Source of the DNA: Reclinomonas americana ATCC 50394
Lineage: Eukaryota
NCBI GenBank assembly: GCA_048213135.1
Contig: PS015140.1
Coordinates: forward strand, 1 to 64,000
Reading direction: 5' to 3'
DNA length: 64,000 nucleotides
In this document: piece after piece, positions 25,022 through 42,915 of the stretch
Position numbering within the stretch: position 1 is the stretch's first letter
How the letters are laid out: each line of letters begins with the position of its first letter
Notes under the pieces: model-generated
The model's database searches: none
What the model was told of the DNA's origin: nothing
What the model saw: the letters and a program-made list of their open reading frames with translations, nothing else
Made by a program: the position numbers and the translations under genes

Positions 25022-25192
25022 CGGAGGAAGAAGAATGGGCTGTGCGTTGCTCTTTTACGTACAACAGAGTACTGCTGTTTTGTATATAAACCATGATGTG
25101 CATTCCTCCATTCCGAGACGCCTCAGGGAAAACGTCGACGAAGAGTGTCCTCGTCCTCAGTCTCGTTTTCCCTCCTATCCCACTCTCGCGCC

Positions 25193-26251
25193 ATGTCGCT
25201 GACTCTGCCTCACAAGTGCCTGCGTGGACACACCGACTCTGTGACGTGCGCCACGTTCACTCCCGACGGCCAGCACATCATAAGCGGGAGTTGTGATATG
25301 ACCGTGCGAGTGTGGTCGGTGACGAGTGGAGAGGAGGTGCGAGTGCTGGAGGGGCACACAGATGAGGTGCTCTGTGTCGCCGTCACCCCTGACTGTGAAC
25401 ACGTTGTGAGTGGTGGTGAGGATAGGACTGTACGTGTGTGGTCACTGGCGAGTGGGGAGGAGGTGCGCCGACTGCAAGGCCACAAAAAAGCGGTGCTGTG
25501 TCTCTCCGTCACTCCTGATGCGCTCCACGTTTTGAGTGGAAGTTGGGACAACACAGTGCGAGTGTGGTCGCTGGCCAGCGGGGAGGAAGTGGGTCGGCTT
25601 GAGGGACACGATGGGCAGGTCTATTCTGTCGCCGTCACTCCCGACGGTCAACACGCTGTGAGTGGGAGTTCTGACACGACACTGCGAGTGTGGTCGCTGG
25701 CAAGTGGCGAGGAAGTGCGACGGCTGGAGGGGCACACTAGCTGGGTGTACTCGGTCGCTGTCACTCCCGATGGTCTGCACGTGGTGAGTGGCTGCGACGA
25801 CAGCACTGTGCGAGTGTGGTCACTGGCAAGCGGCGAAGAGGTGCGACGGTTGGAGGGGGACATTGGATCGGTGCTCTCGGCTGCCGTCACTCCCGATGGT
25901 CAGCACGTTGTCAGTGGCGGCGTCGACAGCATCGTGCGTGTGTGGTCGCTGGCAAGTGGGCAGGAGGCGCGTCGGCTGGCGGTACACACTTACATGTCGT
26001 GTGTTGTCGTCTCTCCCAACGGGCGGCACATTGTGAGTGGCAGTGAGGACCTCACAGTCCGAGTGTGGTCCACACAGTTTGGTCTGGCGCAGGAGGAGCT
26101 TGACAGCGCACGGCTGGCAATGCACGCCGTGCAGGAGATGCAGCGACGAGAGGAGAGTGAGGATCTGCGGTGTTTGGTGGAGATCGTGCTCCGCTGCTTC
26201 ATGGTCGAGGAGGCGGAGGTGGTGGTGCATCGGTGTGTTGGTCTCCTTTGA
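25193..26251 (+). CDS. WD40 array gene 8
   Basis: MSLTLPHKCLRGH start; 7 repeats + tail ending HRCVGLL. Confidence 0.9.
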   Translation: MSLTLPHKCLRGHTDSVTCATFTPDGQHIISGSCDMTVRVWSVTSGEEVRVLEGHTDEVLCVAVTPDCEHVVSGGEDRTVRVWSLASGEEVRRLQGHKKAVLCLSVTPDALHVLSGSWDNTVRVWSLASGEEVGRLEGHDGQVYSVAVTPDGQHAVSGSSDTTLRVWSLASGEEVRRLEGHTSWVYSVAVTPDGLHVVSGCDDSTVRVWSLASGEEVRRLEGDIGSVLSAAVTPDGQHVVSGGVDSIVRVWSLASGQEARRLAVHTYMSCVVVSPNGRHIVSGSEDLTVRVWSTQFGLAQEELDSARLAMHAVQEMQRREESEDLRCLVEIVLRCFMVEEAEVVVHRCVGLL

Positions 26252-26445
26252 GAAGAGTTGGCTGTGTTGTCCTTTTGCGTGTCTTTCTATGTCGCTTGTT
26301 GTTGGTGTTGTAGCGCTGTGAGTGTATTAAAAACAACGAGACGCTGAGTTTATTCGCACCCCATTCAGAGACGCTGCAGGTGAACGTCGACGAAGCGTGT
26401 CCTCGTACTTTCAATCACTCTCTCCTCACCTCCCACGCTCGAACC

Positions 26446-27513
26446 ATGTCACTGGCGCTGCCACACAAGTGCCTGCGTGGACATTCTTGTATCGTGACGT
26501 GTGTCGCGTTCACTCCCGATGGCCAGCACATCATAAGCGGGAGTGAAGATGCCACCGTGCGAGTATGGTCGGTGAGGAGCGGAGAACAGGTGCGAGTGCT
26601 GGAGGGACACATAGATGAAGTGTTCTCCGTCGCCGTCACTCCCGACTGTGAACACGTTGTGAGTGGTGGTGAGGATAAGACTGTACGTGTGTGGTCACTG
26701 GCGAGTGGGGAGGAGGTGCGTCGACTGCAAGGCCACAGACGAAAGGTGCTGTGTCTCTCCATCACTCCTGATGGTCTCCACGTTCTGAGTGGAAGTTGGG
26801 AGCACGCAGTGCGAGTGTGGTCACTGGCCAGCGGGGAGGAAGTGAGACGGCTGGAAGGACACACGTGGGCCGTGTTCTCTGTCGCCGTCACTCCCAACGG
26901 TCAACACGCTGTGAGTGGGAGCGCTGACACCACAGTACGACTGTGGTCGCTGGCAAGTGGCGAGGAAGTGCGTCGACTGGAAGGTCACACGAGTAGGGTG
27001 TGGTCAGTGGCAGTGACACCCGATGGCGAGCACGTGGTGAGTGGAGGTGACGACTGTACGATACATGTGTGGTCACTGGCAAGTGGAGAGGAGGTGCGAC
27101 GGTTGGAGGGAGACATTGGATCGATGCTCTCGGTTGCCGTCACTCCCGATGGTCAGCACATTGTGAGTGGTGGTACGGGCTGCAGAAATTCTGTGCTTGT
27201 GTGGTCGCTGGCGCGTGGGCAGGAAGTGCGTCGGTTGGAAGGACACACTGAAACCGTGTCGTCTGTTGCCGTCTCTCCCAACGGGTGGCACATTGTGAGC
27301 GGCGACGAGGATAACACGATCCGAGTGTGGTCCACGCCGTTTGGTCTGGCTCGGGAGGAGCTGGAGTGTGCGCGTGCGGCAATGTGCGGTGTGCAGGAGA
27401 TGCAGCGACGAGAGGAGGCAGAGGATCCGCGCTGCTTGGCAGAGATCGTGCTCCGCTGCTTCATGGTCGAGGAGGCGCAGGTGGTGGTGCATAGATGTGT
27501 TGGTCTCCTTTGA
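26446..27513 (+). CDS. WD40 array gene 9
   Basis: MSLALPHKCLRGH start; close paralog of gene 8. Confidence 0.9.
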   Translation: MSLALPHKCLRGHSCIVTCVAFTPDGQHIISGSEDATVRVWSVRSGEQVRVLEGHIDEVFSVAVTPDCEHVVSGGEDKTVRVWSLASGEEVRRLQGHRRKVLCLSITPDGLHVLSGSWEHAVRVWSLASGEEVRRLEGHTWAVFSVAVTPNGQHAVSGSADTTVRLWSLASGEEVRRLEGHTSRVWSVAVTPDGEHVVSGGDDCTIHVWSLASGEEVRRLEGDIGSMLSVAVTPDGQHIVSGGTGCRNSVLVWSLARGQEVRRLEGHTETVSSVAVSPNGWHIVSGDEDNTIRVWSTPFGLAREELECARAAMCGVQEMQRREEAEDPRCLAEIVLRCFMVEEAQVVVHRCVGLL

Positions 27514-27692
27514 CAAGAGTTGGCTGTGTCGCCCTTCTGCGTGTCTTTCTATGTCGCTTGTTGTTGGTGTTGTAGTGCTGTGAGTGTATTATAAACCAAC
27601 GAGACGCTGAGTTGACGCTGCAGGTGAACGTCGACGATGAGCGTCCTCGTCCTCAATCGCATTTGTCTCCTCTCTCTTCTCACGCTCGAACC

Positions 27693-28754
27693 ATGTCACT
27701 GACACTCCCACACAAGTGCCTGCGCGGACACACCCGAGAGGTGCTCGCTGTCGCCGTCACTCCCGATGGCCAGCACATCGTAAGTGGGAGTGAAGATGCC
27801 ACTGTGCGAGTGTGGTCTGTGAGGAGCGGAGAACAAGTGCGAGTGCTGAGGGGACATGGCGGAGGGGTGACTTCTGTGGCAGTCACTCCCGATGGGCAGC
27901 ACGTGGTGAGTGGTGGCGATGATAACACCATGCGATTATGGAATGTGGCAAGTGGCGAGGAAGTACGGCAGTTCGAAGGACACACTGGTGCGGTGCACTC
28001 TGTCGCTGTCACTCCCGACGGTCAGCATGTGGTGAGTGGGAGTGAGGACCGGAGTGGGCGAGTGTGGTCGCTGGCGAGTGGGAAGGAACTGCGGCGGCTG
28101 CAGGGTCTCATCTTTGTGGTGTGCTCTATCGCCGTCACTCCCGACGGGCAGCACATTGTCGGCGCGAATGGGGACGAGACCGTGCACGTGTGGTCGCTGG
28201 TGAGTGGCGAGGAAGTGCGACGGCTGAAGGGGCACACTGAAATGGTGTGGTGTGTCGCCGTCGCTCCTGACGGTGAGCATGTGGTGAGCGGGAGTGACGA
28301 CACAACAGTGAGATTGTGGTCGCTGGCGAGTGGCACGGAAGTGCGGCGGATGGAAGGTCACACTAGCACGGTGTACTCGGTCGCTGTCACTCCCAGCGGT
28401 CAGCACGTTGTTAGCGGAAGTGAGGACAACACCGTGCGAGTGTGGTCGCTGGCGAGTGGCACAGAAGTGCGTCGGTTGGAAGGACACACTGACTGGGCGA
28501 CTGCTGTCGCCGTCTCTCCCGACGGGCAGCGCATGGTGTGCAGCAGCACAGAGCACACTGTGCGAGTGTGGTCCACTCCGTGGTGTCTGGCTCGGGAGGA
28601 GCTTGACAGCGCACGGCTGGCAATGTGCGGTGTGCAGGAGATGCAGCAACGAGAGGAGAGCGAGGATCTGCGGTGTTTGGCAGAGATCGTGCTCCGCTGC
28701 TTCCTTGTCGAGGAGGCGGAGGTGGTGGTGCATCGGTGTTTTAGCGATGACTGA
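27693..28754 (+). CDS. WD40 array gene 10
   Basis: MSLTLPHKCLRGH start; 7 repeats + tail ending HRCFSDD. Confidence 0.9.
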   Translation: MSLTLPHKCLRGHTREVLAVAVTPDGQHIVSGSEDATVRVWSVRSGEQVRVLRGHGGGVTSVAVTPDGQHVVSGGDDNTMRLWNVASGEEVRQFEGHTGAVHSVAVTPDGQHVVSGSEDRSGRVWSLASGKELRRLQGLIFVVCSIAVTPDGQHIVGANGDETVHVWSLVSGEEVRRLKGHTEMVWCVAVAPDGEHVVSGSDDTTVRLWSLASGTEVRRMEGHTSTVYSVAVTPSGQHVVSGSEDNTVRVWSLASGTEVRRLEGHTDWATAVAVSPDGQRMVCSSTEHTVRVWSTPWCLAREELDSARLAMCGVQEMQQREESEDLRCLAEIVLRCFLVEEAEVVVHRCFSDD

Positions 28755-29739
28755 CAGAGGAAGAAGGATGGGGTTGCCTGCATTTCTCTTCTACGTGTCT
28801 TTCTGTTTCGCCTGTTGTTTGGTGTTTTTTGAGTGTATAAGAGCAACAAGACGCACATATTACACCTGTGTTGATATCCAAAACATTGGTGAGGGCAGCG
28901 ACAGGAACAACAACAACAACNNNNNNNNNNNNNNNNNNNNNNNNNNNNNNNNNNNNNNNNNNNNNNNNNNNNNNNNNNNNNNNNNNNNNNNNNNNNNNNN
29001 NNNNNNNNNNNNNNNNNNNNNNNNNNNNNNNNNNNNNNNNNNNNNNNNNNNNNNNNNNNNNNNNNNNNNNNNNNNNNNNNNNNNNNNNNTTCTGCGATAG
29101 TACACGCCACATCGAATTCGGGGAAAGGCCATAAGCCAGGCAAACAAAGCAAAGCAAAGTCGCTGCGGACCGGATCCGGATCCGAGCAGCAAGCAAAGCG
29201 GTGGAGGTAAAAAGCTGAACGACAAACCGCGACAACAACATGCACTTCAACTGTTCGCGACGCCGCTAGAGTTTGGACCATCATTGCAGATGAGTGCAGA
29301 CTAATTGCAAGTCGAAATGGGAGGCAGAAGGCCTTTGCAGAAAAACCAAAATCAATTCCGGTTTCTCGAGTTCGAATTCCACCAGAAGACTCTTACTGTG
29401 GTGTCGCCAGAGTCCTTAATGTAGCCATTGGTTCTCAAGGCTCGGGGTGCTTGAACCGTACCGCGGCTGCGAGCTCGAGGCGCAGTTGCGAACTGCAAGT
29501 CGAATTCGGATCGATATCTGGAAATCTGCGCGGACTCAGCAAATAACACGCGGATTGCTTTCATCCTTAACCCGCTCCACTCTCGCTTCACATCACGCGG
29601 CATAAAAAAGCCCATTTTTGCATTTCACCGTCAATTCGAACGATCGCCGAACCGGAGTCCGCTCGCCGAATCCGTCGGCGATCGCTCGCGCCGTCGTCAT
29701 CTAATCCATCATCTTCTCATCCACTCACACGCGAAAGCC

Positions 29740-37255
<7,516 letters not shown>

Positions 37256-37473
37256 TAGTGTGAGCGTCGCGGTATCGGCTTTCATAGTAGAGTGTGTGTT
37301 TGTTGTTGACCGTCCCACCGTTGTGGCTGCCTCCTCCTCCACTTCCACCCACACCCACTGCTGCTCCCTCAAGTGCTGAATTATTCTTGTGGGCGCACAC
37401 ACACGGTTATTATTTTTTTGTTTAGCAGAGCTCACGTCAATAATACACGTTGACGTTGTTGTTGGCCATTATC

Positions 37474-40161
37474 TCACTGCGGGACAGTGGCCGCCTTGGC
37501 GGTCCACACCACCAGACTCCATCGTTCTCCGGCAGTCAACTTGTTCACACCGTGCACGTGGAAACCGAGGTGGATCACACCTGTGCGGGTGCGTTTTCAA
37601 GACAGGTCAAAAGCTATGAGCTGAGGGTGATGACGAAGGGCAACACGCACCCATGCCAACTGCGTGGCGATAATACTGCGGTTCGCGAGTGTGCGCATCA
37701 GCATCTCGTCCCTCCACGCCTTGAAAGTACAGCTCGGCACCCTCGAACTCGCGGCCGAGGCACACGTTCAGCGTGACCGAGCTGTGGTCCACGTGCGTGG
37801 CGAGGTCCGTGTCCTCACCGACCTGAGAGGAGGTTAAGGGAGAAGGGGGGTGAGAAGGGAAGGGAGGAAAGGGAGGAAAGGGAAAGGGAGGGGGGAGAGG
37901 GATACAAGGGAAAGGGAGAGGAAGGGCAAGGAGAGGGGAGAGGAGGGGAAGATGGATAAGTGGTAGAAAGACGGAAAAAGGAAGAAGAAAGGGAGAGGGA
38001 GATAAGAGGTGAAAGGGAAGAAGTGGAAGGAGAGATGCCTTTGCAGGCAGAGGAAGAGAGCTACCAAAGAGAGGGAGGGAGTGGAGGGAGGAAGGACAAC
38101 TATACAGGGAGAGGCGGAAGGAAGAAAGGGAAAGGGAGGGGGTGGGAGAGAGAGAGAGGAGGGAGGAAAGATGAGAATGGGAAGGAACGACGACGAGGGG
38201 AGGGCGAAGGGGTGGCTGTGCAGGCAAAAGGAGGACTGAAGAAAGGAGGCAGGGGGCACGAAGGGGAAGGGAAGGGGAGAGGAGACGAAGGAGGAGAAGG
38301 AAGAGGAAGAAGGGGAAGAAGGGAAGAGAAACGAGGAGGAAGGAAAGCGAGAGGGAGAGGCGATCGAGAGAAAGACATGGAGAGCGAGGCGAGCGATAAA
38401 GAGAAGGAGGAAGATGTAAAAGAAGGACAACTTAGTAGGGAGGGAATGAGAAAGAGGCAAGGGGAGAGGTGGAAACCTTGTAGCGAATGGAGAACGAGTG
38501 GTGCTTGTACACGTTGAGCGGATACTGGTCCGGGAAGAACACACGGGTCACGGGGTTCATCTGCGAGGAGGAGGGAGGTGGTGAGCGCGGGAACGTGGGC
38601 GACTGGGCGTCAATGGCACACTGACCACTTTGGCAACCAGGTGAGACACGGTCGTGGCGAAGCCAATGTGGTCAATCACTGTGAGAGTAAGGCGAGGTGA
38701 GCATGCTTTGTTCAGTGAAAGAAATCTCCTACGACTCACCAGTGCCGTAGTTGTTCATGCTGCGCACAGGGAAAGTGAGAAAGAGCAAGAGGTCCGCAGG
38801 AGGAGTTTAAGAGAATGAGGCAAACCTGTTGGGTCGGCGGACCTCCAGCTGCTCCTCGTCTGCAAAGGCGCGGAAGTGCTCGAGTTCTGCGTGCATGGTT
38901 AGTGAGCGAGAAGTGGGAGAAGGGGTGTGGAGGGTAAGAAGAGAAGACTTGCCTTGAATCAGGCGCTCGCACCATTCGGGTTGCAACATGGGCACCATGA
39001 ATACACCGGGCATGATCTGAATAAGAGGAAGGGGAGGAGAAAGGAAGGGTGAGGGGAGAGAGGGAGAGAGAGCAGAGAGCAGAGGGCGAGAGGGAGAGGG
39101 AGAGGGAGAGGGAGAGGGAGAGGGAGAGGGGAGAGGGAGAGGGAGAGGGAGAGGAGAGGGAGAGGGAGGAGGGAGAGGAGAGGAAGAGGATGAGGGAGGG
39201 GAGGGGAGAGGGGAAGTGAGAGGGAAAGGGGAGGTNNNNNNNNNNNNNNNNNNNNGGCAGAGGCAGAGGCAGAGGCAGAGGCAGAGGCAGAGGCAGAGGC
39301 AGAGGCAGGGCAGAGGCAGAGGCAGAGGCAGAGGCAGAGGCAGAGGCAGAGGCAGAGGCAGAGGCAGAGGCAGAGGCAGAGGCAGAGGCAGAGGCAGAGG
39401 CAGAGGCAGAGGCAGAGGCAGAGGCAGAGGCAGAGGCAGAGGCACAGGAGGAGGCAGAAAAAACAGGGACAGGCACAAGCACAGGCAGAGACACACGCAG
39501 AGACACAGGACGAGGGAGAGGCAGAGGAAGAGGCAGAAGAAGCAAATGGAGTTGCCACGTCTCCTCCATCCTTTCTGTCTCGATCCTCCAAAGCAGACCT
39601 CGGAAAATTGATACTCGGCAGACCACGCGGGGTCCAACACAAACTCGCGCGCCGCATGCGGTGCCACTTGCATGGCCATGCGACATCGGTCGGCCAGTGC
39701 CAGCAGCGACGGATGCAAGATGCCCTCCCTCACGCCCGGCGTCGCAAAGTCGTAGACCTGCGGCGCGGATGTGAGACTGAGGATATGGCACGGACTCACA
39801 TATTCGTAGACACACCTGCGGATGCAGTCTCGTGTACTTTTCACGCACGGCTGTGCGGATCCGCGACTTGTAGTCCTGCTCTTCCTCGAGCGCCGCCTGA
39901 CGACAAATCTGCAAACACAGAGTGCGTCAATACGACACCTCCTTCAGCGCACACATTCCCTCTGCGCAAGCTCACCCTGCGCAGTCGCGCCTGATCCTCC
40001 TCGGCGATGCGCTGACACGCTGCCTTGAGCTCCACGTCCATCATCGCCGACTTGGAGGACAGTGCTGACGAGGAACAAAATGAGGACAGGTGAAGGAGGA
40101 GGATAAATCTCTCTCTCTCTCTCTCTCTCTCTCNNNNNNNNNNNNNNNNNNNNAGGAGGAG

Positions 40162-40219
<58 letters not shown>

Positions 40220-42248
40220 CCGCACCGGCCTCCCATTCGGTGACACGCTGTCGCAACCACGCCACATCGGCCTCGGAGGGCGCATGACGCAGCACCAACT
40301 CGATCATCTCGTCCACCTTGCTGGCCAGGCGCGGCTTGAGGTAGCGCAGTGGCAGCAGCAGCTCGACGGTGCTGTAGCCGAGGGCGTCGACGCCCATGGG
40401 GGAGCAGCCGCCACGCAGAAGCATCTCCAGGGTGGCTTGCTCGCCTTGCAGGCAGGCGAGGTGGACGGCGGTTCTGGAGAGGGGGAGGGAATGAGAGAGG
40501 GAAGAAGGGAAAGAGAGAGGGAAGAAAGGAAAGAGAGCAGAGAAAGGCGACAGGAGTGCGTGGAAATGAAGGCAGGGAGCGAGATGCATTTAAAATAGGG
40601 GGTGGGTGCCGTGGAAGAGCAGACAAGTAAGATGAGAGGGGAGCTGGGAAAGGTGACATCATGAATGCGATCGAGGCGAATGGAGCAACAGAAAAAGCGA
40701 GGATGGAAGGAGCAGAACGAGAGAGGCAGTATGGAATGCGAATGAACGAGAATTGAGAATGGAAGGGAGAGCACATCTCAAAAGCACAGGTGAGGAGGGA
40801 GTGGGGATGGCGACCAGAGGAAAAATAGCAGCAAGAGCAGAGGAGGTTGTAGAGAGAGTGGAGATGCACGGAGTAATAATTGGCAACATGAGTGCGTGGA
40901 GAGAGCAACACACCGTCCACCGCAGAAGCACACGGGGATGTTGCTGATGCGGAACTCGCGGTTGACGGTGACAATGTCGCGGTGGACGCGGTCGGGCGGG
41001 AGCGAGAGGAGATACTGTGAGGAGGGGAGTGAGTAAGGAGACAGGATGGTGGGTGGGAATAAGGAGAGGCAAAGGAGGGGAGAGAAGGAGGTGAATGCTT
41101 CACGACGTGGCCAAGCAGAGCGAAGATCGCGAGAGCGAGAGAGCCAAAAGCACGTGCAGATGAGCGCGACGTTGCCATAGCTCCCGACGGTCGGCACATT
41201 GTTAGTGGGAGTGAAGATAAGAGCGTGCGCGTGTGGTCACTGGCGAGTGGGGAAGACGTGCAAAGGATGGAGAGGCACGCCGGATGGGTGCAGTGTGTCG
41301 CCGTCACTCCCAATGGTCAGCATGTGGTGAGTGGGAGTTTAGATACGACGAGCGGGAGAGTAAAGTGGAAAAACAAGAAGCGCTGCAATAGGAGACGGAG
41401 GAATATGGAATTCAAGATATGACGACGAGCTCCCCGCGTATAACACGTGGGCAGCATCTGTCATCTGAGTACGATTGAAAAGAGAAGGCAGAGTGCAGAG
41501 AAGGCAGAGTGCAGAGAAGGCCACATGCAAATTACGGATCTCATGCATGGGAGGATGAGGAAGTGCACCGCAAAAGGAGACGGAAGAGTGCAGATCGCGA
41601 TTGTGCCATGCTGACACCGCAAAGGAGACTGGCAGCGGCAAAGGCAGCAGACGAGTGCAAGGAGTGGCCAGCAGGAAACACAGGCTGAAAGAGCAGTGCT
41701 TTCCCAATTCCCTCGAGTGACCCATCAAGCCCCTCACCTCCAGCACATTCATCGATCCCTCCAGAGTCGCACTCAGCAGCGCGGTGTTGCCGGAGACCAC
41801 AGCAGCGTTCAGGTTGAGATCCGGCAGAGCCTGTCAGCGCGGAATATCACTCCTTTGCATTCTCTGCACTCTGCATGCAAGAGACACACGCACACACCTC
41901 CACCAGCTCGCGCAGCAACTCCACATTGTCAGTCATGGCCAGTGCCTCCAGGAGACGCGGAAGCTCCTCTGCGATGAGTTCTGTTCGCATTTGTGAGTGA
42001 GTGTGAGTGAGAGAGCGGGGGAGAGAGTCGTTCGAGTGTGGAAGGGTACCTGGGTGACTGCGAATGGCCTCGTGATACGCATCAGTGTCGCCAGTCCACC
42101 TGCATTGAGCAAAGAGAAGAAGAATGAGATGTGTGTTCTGTGTGTGTGAGAGAGATACAGTGACTCACAATGCATGTGCAGCACGGTCAAACGGCGTCTT
42201 CTCCTCGCGGCGCTCCAGTGGGCATGCAGCGGCCTCCTCCTCGCTCAT
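37474..42248 (-). CDS. N-terminal ankyrin repeats fused to an OGFOD2-like 2OG-Fe(II) oxygenase domain; about 14 exons
   Basis: Spliced: MSEEEAAAC...SGNTALLSATLEGSMNVLE|YLL...TAVHLACLQGEQATLEMLLRGG (ankyrin); KYTRLHPQVY; IQELEHF..RPNSMNNYG; HHSFSIRYKVGEDTDLATHVDHSSVTLNVCLGREFEGAELYF (HxD); HVHGVNKLTAGERWSLVVW (distal His and 2OG-binding Arg). Confidence 0.85.
41171..41350 (+). pseudogene. Orphan WD40 fragment (about 1.5 repeats), antisense within intron 41015-41737 of the oxygenase gene
   Basis: VAIAPDGRHIVSGSEDKSVRVWSLASGEDVQRMERHAGWVQCVAVTPNGQHVVSGSLDTT is clearly the array family but has no start and no tail. Confidence 0.85.
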
Positions 42249-42915
42249 TGTGTGTCGTGTTTCGTTGATAGAAAGCAGATGCTGTCCAGCAGGACGTTTG
42301 GACCTCGGTGGACGCCTGTGGACGAGCACAGATGCATGGCGTAGATGACGTATACAAGGAGGCTAACTGCATATACAGCTGCATCACAGCTCACTTCGTA
42401 GCGACGTCGATTGTAGAGAGCGGTCAACGTCGCAGCTGCGATATCGATATCGATATCGGTGTTCCACTCGACTCAGCGATCGACGTCGCTGGAGAGCTGT
42501 GTGGTACGACTGAACCATAGTAAAGTCCGCGAGCTTGAGTCTTGCAGTGGGCCTGGGTTTGAGGCGGAGCTCGAGAAGCGAAACTGCAAATCGAAATTCG
42601 AATTCGAAAGGGCCGAGCCAGCAGGTACGAGAGTCCGCGGGCGTTGCCACTGGCTATACAATAGGCAGACGGAAGTTGGGAAGTGACGCAGAACCTTTCG
42701 CAGCCGCTGCTGCGACCAGAACTTTCAAGTCCGACGTCGACGTCTCGATCTGCGACTTCGTGATCGCCCTTGCCTGCATTGCTGCATCGTTCCTCGCTGC
42801 ATAGGCGGTACCCTGACACACACCACTCTCTTTACAGCACACCACGCACGCTCACTGGTTCAGAGACAACTCTAGCTAAACTCGCAGGACATCTGATCTT
42901 CATTGCCTCTCTCTC

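Noticed and set aside
15195-28733. Many antisense and alternative-frame ORFs over the WD40 genes
   Set aside because: They are shadows of repetitive GC-rich coding sequence.
14983-28754. Diversity-generating retroelement as the cause of WD40 variability
   Set aside because: No reverse transcriptase or template/variable repeat pair is seen, and differences are not adenine-specific.
41101-41179. Possible start exon (MATSRSS...GHVVK) of the oxygenase gene
   Set aside because: No convincing donor follows it, and the upstream exon ending NVLE joins YLL to make a proper ankyrin repeat.
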